A stretch of DNA of 63,350 nucleotides, the filler included, from Raja brachyura (Eukaryota), in NCBI GenBank assembly GCA_963514005.1. It is 4 parts of 4 records of this genome, joined end to end, with 100 filler letters (N's around TTAATTAATTAA, not from the genome) between each part and the next. Parts side by side here need not be neighbours in the genome. Positions count along the whole stretch, not along the records: positions 27,193 to 52,378 come from OY740792.1; 3 more parts are not named here. The stretch is one strand, 5' to 3'. Within the stretch, counting starts at the first letter, position 1. Each line of letters opens with the position of its first letter. The notes beneath the pieces are model-generated. The model had not been told where the DNA came from and searched no databases. It was given only the letters and a program-made list of their open reading frames with translations. The position numbers and the translations under genes were made by a program. Below are positions 27,093 to 37,902 of this stretch, piece after piece.

Positions 27093-27192
27093 NNNNNNNN
27101 NNNNNNNNNNNNNNNNNNNNNNNNNNNNNNNNNNNNTTAATTAATTAANNNNNNNNNNNNNNNNNNNNNNNNNNNNNNNNNNNNNNNNNNNN
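27093..27192. other. Artificial spacer N44-TTAATTAATTAA-N44
   Basis: Exactly 100 bp, six-frame stop linker, occurs three times in the window. Confidence 0.97.
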
Positions 27193-30100
27193 TCGTCGAG
27201 GTGATGACAAGGGTGCCAAGACAGGATGTCGCTGCCTGCCGCTCCTGTGTGGCTAAGCGACTCCCGCGCGGACCTGCCGCTGCTCCGCTGGTCTGATAAG
27301 ACATGATAGCGGTGATGAGTCGGTCCCGGCCGCCGAAGCGTGGTACCCCGACGTCCGCGAGGGCTTGCCGCCTGTCCTCCAAAGGCGACGTTCGGTCACG
27401 TCCTCCACTACAAGGGGGTGCGGTGACCGAGATGAGACTACACCGACCTGCAACCAGGCAGGCTCCCTCGGTGCTGAGTCTGTGCCGGCCGCACATGTGG
27501 TCCTACAGACCCAGGCCTTAATCCTTCACCGGTCCACGATCTGGTGGCCTGCTCCGGTGGAAGTCGACCCCGGCTCTATGGCGGGTTTACCGACTGCTGT
27601 GCGATACTTCCCCTGGTCCTCTCTCTGGTGACCTGCATATTTGGGGAGAGAGAACGTGCCAAGAATATAACACGTTACGCACCTTTTCTCCACTGTCGCT
27701 ATGGTTAAGTGACAGAGGTAGGGAGTCAGGGTCTTACCTACCCTGCTCCTGCGCGGTGCTCCTACCACTTACGGCACCATGGTCAGTCGTGGTGGAGAAT
27801 CGGGTCCTGACTGCGCAGGGCTCCCCTGATTTCCGCATTTTTATCCCGACCCGCAGAGCGGGTGCTGCCGACGTTGCGGGCAGATCCAGGAATGGTGGGC
27901 GTTGACTCACATCTGGAGGCGCCGGTATGTAGGTCCTTGCTGGCCTTCCGGTTTGACCCCGTGGCCTGGAATATGGAGTTTCCTGGCCGTTTGTCTGGTC
28001 AAGGTGTGCGACCTCATAAGACCCACTGTCTTGGCATGGTCGTCTGAATCCTTGACCTGCTTCAGAAGGTCTTCCCCGAATAGTTGTCTGGGTGGTGGTG
28101 TTGGAGATGCTCTGCGTAGCCCCACAAATTTGGGATTTAGCGTGAGCTTGATGGTACTTTTTCGAAATGCATTTATTTCGTATTGCGTGTTACGTAATGA
28201 TTCAAGAGCATCTTCCTGTTCGGTGTTCAAGTCCATCCCGTCTACCGACCTCGCAAAAGCGGTAATCCCAGATGTGAGCAGTTTAAGGATTTTCTGTAAT
28301 TTTTACTTCCTGTGCTCTTATGCTCGGGCTTATATTGCTCCAAATAGGCATGTTTACAATAGGTACATTGAGTGAGTTACAATTACTCGGTGTCTTGTAC
28401 CCATTCATGGCCTCCGCAAGGACCTGATCCTGTAGCTGGTGGTTGGTGAGGAAATCAATGGTAGTGGCCAGTTTAGTTTTGAGAGGTTGTCCCGATGATT
28501 TGGGTAACGCAAACTTGGCTGCCACGTCCAAAAGTTCTTCCTGAGGAACCTCAGGTGCCACTGGTTCGTGTACCAAGATATCCTCTTCTCCTGGTTGCCT
28601 CATGCTACCCATTGACGATGGGGGTATATCCAAAAGTCCCCTGGAACTGGACATTTCCTGCCGTTGATTTTGCTGCAGGATCCGTTCCATCATCCTCTCC
28701 ATCCGTTCAATGCGCCCTTCATCGTGCGTAAATGGGAGGTCAGAGCCCTCATGCCCGAAGGAACTCCTGAGGCTCATATCATCGGCCCGTACCTCATCGA
28801 GGTAATCTCGGTGCCATGACGAAAAGTCGCTGCCAGCCGCCTCAGCGAAGCTGTACGACTCCCGCGCGGATCTGCTCATTCGCCTCCTTGGATGAGCTAG
28901 GCCTGACTGCCTCAAAGGGCATATGCGGTGTGAAGTCGGCACCTGACGCCGCGGCGTGGTGACCCGACATCTGCGCGGGCTTGCCACCTGTCCTTCTCCT
29001 GGACTCAGGCGGCGTACGGTCCCGTCCTGCCGCTATTGGGGAGTGCGGTGACCGTGACGAGACTCCACCTGTATGACTCCACCTGGTCCAACTAGGTGGT
29101 GAGTCTACACTGGCCCTCCCTGGTCTGCCAGTGGACTCGGGTCTCGGTAAACCACCAGTCCGCAATCTAGCGGTCTCTGGTGAAATTCCTGCCCTAAAAG
29201 GGCTTTGTTGTTGAGCTCTATCCCTGGCTCTTTCACGAGGGCACGGGGAGAAGGGCCGTGCAGCAGCACGTGAAACCCGTTTGCTCATATCAGCCAACGA
29301 TTCTCTTCCTGTTGGCGATAGTAAAAAATGGAGTCAGGGTCTACCTGCTCCGGCGCCGTACCGACTTTCTGCTCTGCGGGTACCCCGCTTGTACACAGCT
29401 GTGTCGGTGGGTCGGGTCCTGTAGTCACAGGGCTCCCCGACTTTTGCGCCTTTTTCCCGGCCCGTCTAGCGGGTGCTGTCGTAGTAGAGAGCTTCCGGGA
29501 ATAATGGCCGACGACTCCTTTCGGAAGTCCTGCGGCCTGTACTTCTCTTATCCATGTCCCTGTTGGAGAAAACACAATTCAACACAGCAGGGACAACCAG
29601 CTCAAGGTTGCCTGTACTTATCTGAGTGGCCCTTATGAAGGGCTGGTGGTGAGCCGCGCTCTACGGGCTAGCCCCCGGGTATGTGAACCGACAGCCCACA
29701 GACCTTGCGGGCTGCGGTGCAGATGAGTGCTGTCCTGCCATTGCTGTGCAATGGTGAGTGTTGAGCCCGGACCCCACAGGGTCAACGAGCTGCCCCATTG
29801 TAAAAATAAGTTGGGCTTAGAACAACATGATAATGGCTGCAACTCCATTCCCTCTTAATTACAGCACTGGGATAATGCAGGCTGTGTAGAGTTGAGTTGG
29901 GGCTAACCCCTTACTCTGAGTTAATGCCGACAGCCCGCAGTATCCTGTGGGCTGCGGTGTAAGTCGGGCTGCTGCTCTGCCATTGCTAACCGCGAATGGC
30001 GAGCCTGCAAGCCCCTACTTCAATATAAATGCCGACAGCCCGCAGTATCCTTGCGGGCTGCGGTGTAAAATTGGGCTATGCTCTGCCGTTGCTTACTGCA

Positions 30101-30598
30101 CACGGCGAGTCTGCAAGCCCCTACTTCAATATAAATGCCGACAGCCCGCAGTATCCTTGCGGGCTGCGGTGTAAAAACGGGCGGTTGCTCTGCCGTTGCT
30201 CACTGCACACGGCGAGCCTGCAAGCCCCACTCACTTATAAATGCCGCCAGCCCGAGACCTGCGGGCTGCGGCGTAGTCGGCTGCCTCTGCCGTCCTCCGC
30301 CGGCGAGTGTGAACCCGGACCCACCTGGGTCAACGGGCTCTTCCCGACTCCATGAGTTAGAGCCGCCGCTGACTGCCCGCATTCCGCGGTCCGCAGTCAG
30401 TGTCGAAGCGGCCTGGAGCACTCTGAAAACAGAGTCTCTGTAAAGAAAAAACAGACGGCAGGTTAGTTTTTCCACTTACCTGCAGGTCCCAGCAGTAGAG
30501 GAGCAGCGCTCCTCCCTGCCCGTCGCTTGCACGCGCGTCGACGATATCGCGCATGCGTGCCTGGCGGGTTCTTCACGAAGTCACACGTGACTCCGAAA
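27193..30598 (-). mobile_element. DIRS-like (tyrosine-recombinase) retrotransposon, 5' portion with gag-like ORF1; cut by the segment edge
   Basis: GC/CpG-rich block starting TTTCGGAGTCACGTGTGACTTCG next to a (TA)n tract. ORFs 28283..28987 and 27907..28236 carry PSNCNSLNVPIVNMPIW, EINAFRKSTIK and LFGEDL motifs typical of DIRS ORF1. No RT or YR is visible. Confidence 0.7.
29923..30270. repeat. ~106-bp tandem repeat (3 copies plus a partial) in the DIRS-like leader
   Basis: aatgccgacagcccgcagtatcct starts at 29923, 30028 and 30134, with a variant at 30240. Confidence 0.9.
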
Positions 30599-30792
30599 TA
30601 TATATATATATATACAGATAAAGTGCAGATAAAGTTGTTATCGTTCATAGTTTGATTGAAGTTGTGTTTAATAGTCTGATGGCTGTGGGGAAGAAGCTGG
30701 TGAATCTGGATGTTGCAGATTTCAGGCTCCTGTACATTCTACCTGATGGCAGCGGAGAGATGAGTGTGTGGCCAGGATGGTGTGGGTCCTTG

Positions 30793-31250
30793 ATTTACCA
30801 AAATGATGCCTGGATTGGGGGATATTAGCTACAGGGGGAGGTTGGTCCGACTTGGAATGTTTTCTCTGGAACACGGAGGCTGCGGGGAGACGTGATAGGA
30901 GTATATAAAATGAGAGGCATAGATAGAGTAGCCAATCAGAGCCTTTTTTCCCAGGATGGAAAAATCAAATACTAAAGGGCTGAGCTTTAAGGTAAGAGGA
31001 GCAAAGTTTAAAGAAGATGTGCTGGGCAAATTAAAAAACAAAACTTTAAATAGTGCCTAGAACGTGCTGTCAGGGATGGTGGTTGAAGCATATATTATAG
31101 TGGCATTTAGGAGATTTTTGGATAGGCATATGGATATGCAAGGATATTTGTTTTGTGCAAACAGTTAAGAGTGGTCTTGGCATCATGCTCAACACAGACA
31201 TTGTGGACCGAAGGGCATGTTCTTGCAATGTACTATTCTACGTTCCATAT
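30793..31250 (+). mobile_element. CR1 3' fragment, preceded by a short minus-strand Rex1-type piece (30650-30792)
   Basis: Same subfamily as 9355-9830 (FTKMMPGL...ISY). Confidence 0.75.
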
Positions 31251-33013
31251 GCCTGGTCCAGAGGAGAAAAGATATTTAAAGATAATTGGAAGAAATAAAT
31301 TCAGTGAAGCAATGGATCAGCAAGGGTAGGCCTGCTTGTAGATTCTGGGCAAGAGATGGAAACAGGCTGTGCAGAGCTAGGACACTGTCGGAAGCTGTGG
31401 AGGGAAGGTCACGTGATGAAATGACATCCATGGCTGTCTGGATGACGATAATGGAGAAATGGTAACGTCTAGCTTGTCAATGTCACGTTGGTCACCCTTG
31501 TTTTACCCTGTCAGAGACATCCTCCTACCCAACCTCACTGCAGCTTTACAGGTTTAATTTTTAGTTCTGATTTTTAGGTATCCTCCTTTGGTGCCATATC
31601 TAAAAGGAGTGATCACTTTGATATTTTATAGTCCAGATAGTCAGCAGAAATTAGCAGAACATAAATGAAGGCACTCATAGATAACAAGTTCATCCTGGTG
31701 TATTTCATCTGTCCACTTACCAACTAAATAGCATCCTTCCTATAGCTCGGTGACCAGAACTGCACATAGTATTCCAAGTTCCCATCCCTCAACCATGTTT
31801 CCATAATAGCTATTTTATCACAATCACATGCACTTATCCAGTACCTCAGCACACAGGCTGAAACATTTAGGACCCAGGATAAGGGCCACAACCAGTTACA
31901 TGGTGAAATGTTTCCACTTGTGTGAGAATCTCAAACAAGGAGACCCAAGATTAGAAAATTAAAACAACTTAGGAAAAACAACACAGAGGGCGGTGAATCT
32001 ATGGAAATCTCCACCAGGGAGGGTTGTGGAGGCGAGATCATTGGGGATTTTAAAGAGGAAATTGATACATTTTGGAAGGATCAGAAAAATTGAGGCGATG
32101 GGGAACAGGCGCAGTAGAAATGTGGCATGGGTCAGATCAAACACTATCACACTGAATTGTGGGACAGGATTAAGGGGCCGAGTGGCTTACTACAGCTCCT
32201 AATTTTCTTGTTTTCTGTCCTCACCTCCTTGCTTAACAGTTGCATTTATTATCAAGTGCAATTGTTGTAGTATGTTCAATATCCTGAGATAAATAGTGAA
32301 CGCCTTTCCTTTTAGAAAGGTGGGGAAGGCACCGTTGCTTTGCTGCCCTGAAATATAACTGCCTCAAAATTACACAATCATGACATGCAAATCCAATTTA
32401 TTTCTGATTGCTGTGACTACAACTACATTTGTTATAGATCAAGCTACTTTAACCACATTTTTTAAAACTATTTGTGTATTTAAAACTGTGTAGGAACAAC
32501 ATGTTGCAGAGTGGCTAATCTATGCAATTCTCCATCCAGGAGGTTTGTGGAGGCTAGATTTTCATAGGTTTTCAAAAAGATTTAAATTATTGATTTAATC
32601 CTCCTCTCAAATAGTTAAACATTTGTTTCGACTCTCCTCCCACCCCTACAGTGTTTCAAGAATGCAGGTCATACACTTCCATCCGGACCCGAGAGTGTGC
32701 TGCCAGGGGATATATGAAGATTCAACAGTTTCACAAATTAATGCAGTACGATGTGCTTAAAACTATCCAAACTTAAACTTACATGGACGTTTAGTTTAAA
32801 AAGTAAAATTTAATGAGGGATTTTCTAATACAAATTTTACTTAAACAAAACCGACTACTCAAAATGTAGAAAGCAGCTGGAACACAATTGGTTACTGAAT
32901 AGCAATGTCCCATAAATACCGATTCAAGTCCCAAAATCTCTGTGCGTCACTGTGCGAGATTAGTTTGGAACAGCACACCACTTGCCTTGTGCAGAACACC
33001 AAGATTCAGGCTT

Positions 33014-33035
33014 CTATTCTTGTTCCTGATTGCAA
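33014..33035 (-). CDS. Candidate terminal coding exon of an unidentified gene
   Basis: atgtttgcag|T TGC AAT CAG GAA CAA GAA TAG; phase 2, compatible with the candidate exons upstream. Confidence 0.25.
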
Positions 33036-33251
33036 CTGCAAACATAACATTATTAAATGCTTAATCCACACAAGACATTTGCAAAGAGACATCTCTGCTG
33101 AGCAATGTTAACATGTAGACATTAGTAATTAATGAACAAACCAGTCACACATCCAGGCCTACAGTTTTCCAGGTCGTGTCTGTGATCTCTTCACAGCGTT
33201 AAATGCCATTCTTTTTGTCATCCAAACCTAAACCAAACAAACTCATCTTAC

Positions 33252-33275
33252 CAAAGCACATTCCGAATGCACCTT
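33252..33275 (-). CDS. Candidate 24-nt microexon
   Basis: tttgcttttcttttag|AAGGTGCATTCGGAATGTGCTTTG|gtaaga; strong acceptor and donor, frame-preserving, open in all three frames. Confidence 0.35.
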
Positions 33276-33599
33276 CTAAAAGAAAAGCAAATAGGGTCTG
33301 ATTAAATTGCACACTTTACTGTAAAACATTGAGCAGAAACTGTACTTGCAACAGAGGATGCTAACTTGCACTTCAGATCCAAACGCTGAGCAGCCAGCCC
33401 TGACCACACGGCTGAGTGTTGGTATGTATAATTTACTACCCAGGATGGAGTCCCTAGATAGACTGTGCTTACCGCAGTGAGCTCATTCAGTGGGGCGTTT
33501 TATAGAACAGCTTTTACAATCATAAAGTTCGCTATACTCAATGCAGTTTTGTACAAAGTACATTTAAAATTGCGAAAGTTCAGAATATCCCCAGATAAG

Positions 33600-34050
33600 A
33601 CCGTAAGAAATTACAGAGAATTGTGGACCCAACACAGACCATCACACAAATCACTTTCCCTTCCAGTGACTCCATCTACACTTCACGCTGCCTCGGCAAG
33701 ATTACCAGCATAATCATGACGAGTCTCACCCTGACATTCCCACTTCCCCTCTCTCCCATCAGGCAAGAGGATCAGAAGTGTGAAACGCATACCTCCAGAT
33801 TCAGGGACAGTTTCTTCCCAACAGTTATCAGGCTACTAAACCTATCACCAACTTGTCAGCAGTTCTGACCTACCATCTACCTCACTGAAGATACTCGGAC
33901 TATCTTTAATCAGACTTTATCGTGCACTATCCCATATCTGTACACTGTGGACGGCTTGATTGTAACACGTATTGTCTTTCCGCTGACAGGATAGCATGCA
34001 CTAAAAGATTTTCACGGTACCTCCGTACACATGACAATAAACTAAACTAG
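33600..34050 (+). mobile_element. Rex1/Babar-type 3' fragment
   Basis: Same family as 13870-14445 (DSIYTSRCLGK...HTSRFRDSFFP). Confidence 0.8.
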
Positions 34051-34691
34051 GAATGACACTGCCAATTTCCACACAGCAAAGATTCACAAATGGCCACGTG
34101 GCTGTGTGCACATTGGCAGCACAAGACTGTTCCAATGATTTGTAATGTTAGCTGGGCATCTGGTTAACTCTTCTCTTTTTTTGAGGAGTGCAATTGGATC
34201 AATTAGATCCACTTCAGAGGGTAGAGAGGGGAGGTCACAGAGTCAAGATGCAGGTAAACAAGCCCTTTGGCCCATCCTATCCAGCTTGATCATTGACCAC
34301 CCGTTTACAATCATTACTTTTCAATTCTATTCAACTCAAATTCTCATCGATTCTTCCAGATTCTACCATTCACCCAAACACTTGTGGCAATTTACAGTGA
34401 CCAATTAACCCACAAGCCAGTCCTTGTGGCCAGCCCCACACGATAACAGTTGTTCAACGTTATCTCATTGGTGGCAAAGCATAATTAATACGTCTTTACT
34501 TTGAAATCTTGGAGTTCACTTTGACCTAAAGGATATACTCAGTCAAGTTGTTGCACAAAATGACAAATTGATCAGATGCAGGTCAAGCAAACTAAACGCA
34601 TTGTCCTCTATTCAGTTGACCGCCGCTTCAATCAATCGTATGAAAGCATGAACACACGCGACAGTTTAACTCCGACTGTTTACAATATTAC

Positions 34692-34833
34692 CGGAACCAC
34701 TTGCATTTAATTTCCAGGCAACTATTGTTCTCTATGTTATTCATTGTCCCAGCAGCTATCATTGCTTCATCTTTCACATTGGTATTTGGGCTTAACTTTT
34801 CCACTTTCGCTTTGCCTCTTAGGACTGACTTTA
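34692..34833 (-). CDS. Candidate internal exon of an unidentified gene
   Basis: Non-repetitive open frame (V)KSVLRGKAKVEKLSPNTNVKDEAMIAAGTMNNIENNSCLEIKCKWF(R), with ctaac branch-like motifs upstream and donor CCG|gtaata. The acceptor could be 34833 or 34837. Confidence 0.3.
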
Positions 34834-36129
34834 CTGCCTCAGAACAAAATGTAACCGGCCAGCAAATTTTAAAAAAAGGGCACGTTAGAAGTTAGAAAGG
34901 GCATATCAGAAGGGCATATATTAAGAAGATATTTTAGTGCTTGTTGTGCTTCACTAATTTATTGTCCACTTTTTAAATTCCTTTTTTATTGCATCTCATC
35001 TGAATGTCTTTCTGGGTTAATAGCGCTGTATGATCACTGGCAACTCTACATAACCGTACACCATTCTATTGGACAGATTAGCAGCCTGATAAGACCCTCG
35101 TTTGTAAATGGGCATTTAGAGATGGTCTTCACAAGGAAAATATTTTGGAATCCATCTGCACCTGCACATTTAAATATGCTGATTCTTTCAAATAAATCTC
35201 TATAGGTGAATCATTGATTTAACCACATCCTGACAATGAGCAGTTGTTTAAGGTGCAGAAGTACTGAAATCATGCCTTAGTTATGTCCTTGTGACGCACA
35301 CGTTCTAGAGTAACAACCACAGCCTTGGCAAGCAATGAAAATACAACACATACTGCAACTGTGGACAAGAGATAAAATCCTATTTGACCACATTCTTGCA
35401 GGATGACTACTATTACCCAGCTATATGGAACTAGCATCGCACAGGTACTAATAACATTTAAAAAAACATTCACAAATCAGCACAATGCTAAAAGGAGTCA
35501 TTTATGCAATCGGAATGGTTGAGACTTGTAAAATGCAATGTAAACCAACAGGTGTGTAAGCCATTCATACAACACATATTATCAAAATACAGACAGATAC
35601 CAAATCTATCCAGAAAGAATCTCCTGGCTCTGAAGTTTCACATCGTTTCTCCTATTACCATACCAAACATTGTGGAGCACAGAAAATCTTACCTGCCCTT
35701 TCCCTATCTTCCCAGTCAAAGTGCCCACAGATTAAAGCTGGATTGGATGCACCACCATTATAAACATAAATTAGTAGAAACACTCAGCATAGATTTTTGA
35801 CAAAGTCCTGCACCAAATGCTGGTCCGGAAGGTTAAAGCATAAGATACACAAGAGAATGCAGATGCTGGAATTTGCAGCAACAGACTACTGGAAAAACTG
35901 AAATGGTCAAGCAGCATCTGTAGTGGGGGGTGGCCGTTGGTACTGTCAACATTTCAGGTACCATTGAAGGGTTTTGACCGGAAGATTCCATCCTCACCAC
36001 ACAGATGCTCTCAAGTTCCTCCAGTAGATTGCTTGCAGGATTTGAAGTATGTTGGCAATCCAAAATTAGCTTGTTGATAGCAGTCAAAGGGTAGTGGTGG
36101 TGGAGCATTTTTCTGATGCAGAGTCTGTA

Positions 36130-37320
36130 AATATTGATTTGCAGCAAGGTTTGGTGCATAAGAATGTAGGTGGTCTGATTTGTAAGTTTGCCAATGGCAT
36201 GAAAATAGGTGGAGTTGTATATTGTGAAGAAGGTTGAATAAGGTTACAGAGGGGGGTAGATCAGCTGGAAAATTAGACAAGAGTGATGGCAGGGAATTTA
36301 ATCCAGCAAAGTGGAAGGTAAATGCACTTTGGGACATCAAATACTGGCAGTACATGCACAATAAATCACAAAGACCTCAGGAGCGTTGAGGTACGGAGAC
36401 CTTAGAGTGAAAGTCCATAGCTACCTGAAAATGGTGTCACTGTTGGATAGGGTAGGGTAGAATGCACATGGTATGCTTGCCTTCGTCGGCCAGGCCACTG
36501 AGTATGTGAGTTGCACTGTCATGTTGCAATGGCACAAAACCTTGGTTAGGATGCACTTGGAATATTGTATATAGTTTTGATCACCAGGAAGGACCCTAAA
36601 GAAAGAACATTGTAACATTTTTTCAAAAGAGTGCCAAAGAGATTCACCAGGATGTTTCCAGGAATGGAGTGAGCCTTGGTTAAAGGGAGACATTGGTTAG
36701 GCTGGGAGATTACAAATGCTGGAATCTGTAGCAATAAAAGGTACCCATTTGAGGAATTAAGCAGGTCCGGCAACAATTATGGTGAGAAATGGGCAGACAA
36801 CATTTTGGGTCAAGATTCTTTACCTAGACAGTCAAGATGAAGGATTTTGATCTGAAAGTCAACTGTCCATTCCTCTTTCCAAGTGTTGCCTGACTCACTG
36901 AATTCCTGGGTTGGCTGGATTGTTCTCACTGAAGCACAGGAGCGGTGACTTTATAGAGGTTTTTTAAATTATGAGGTGCATAAATGGGATATAGTCCTCT
37001 TATTGTCTTTATTCCAGGATGTTGGGAATCTAAAACCAGAGGACACATGTTTATAATGAAAAGGGAGAAAATTAGATCTCAGGGCTAGTTTTTCACACAG
37101 TAACACAGTTAATATAGAACATGCTACTAGAGGAAATGGTCATGGCAAATACAATTACAATGTTTAAAAAGCATTTGAACAGTTACCTGGAATGGAAAGA
37201 GATAAGGGCTATATATCTAGCTTGGGCAAATGGGATTAGCATAGATAAGCACCACAATGAGCGTGGCCCAAAATTGGGCAAAAGGGCCTGTTCTGTGCTG
37301 TGCAACTCCATGAATCTATG
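36130..37320 (+). mobile_element. Old CR1 RT/3' fragment interrupted by a palindromic Penelope-derived repeat (~36705-36905)
   Basis: Degenerate KFANGMKIGG (KFADDTKIGG) and LEYCI.F motifs. The insert has inverted arms around gtcaagatgaagga. Confidence 0.65.
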
Positions 37321-37902
37321 AAATGCCCTATGATGCAATTAACATGATTTTTGCTATACTTGCCTCTTTTAACAGTAATCCGGAGATTGCAAAACTGTTG
37401 GTATATCTCCTTCTCTCCAGTGTGTAAGCAAATTCCTATACCGCGAATATTTTTGTTCACCCATTATATTCCTCAGTGGTGCATTCTTCATTTATGCCGG
37501 AACATATTTTTATTTTACAATGTACATAAAGTCTGCAGCACATACATAAAACGGTGAAAATGCATAGCAGCTGGGAGGAGGAAAAACAGACCACATTGAT
37601 TAATCTGACCAGGAGATGCATGATCTTCCTCCTCACATATGCTGACGAAGAACTAGCACTTCCACTTCCAGCATTTTTCACTTTTATTCCAGATTCCAGC
37701 ATCTTCATCTTTCCATCCCAAAATTTCCCATTTAAAACGATGTACTTTTACAAAGTTTCTACCAAGTACCTGTGCACAGCCTGCAATGTCCTGCAAACTT
37801 TAACCAAGTGCCAGCTATTTCACTTCAAATTCAATGAAGTGATTCTAGTGAATTAATGCAAATCCCTGGGAGAAATTCAACCCAGAGTAGTGGGACACGA
37901 AT

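Noticed and set aside
27137-27148. TTAATTAATTAA as a piggyBac target or regulatory site
   Set aside because: Centred in exactly 44+44 Ns three times; synthetic.
37364-37435. 72-nt minus-strand exon candidate with a GC donor
   Set aside because: The acceptor lacks a pyrimidine tract, the donor is non-canonical and the frame is ambiguous.
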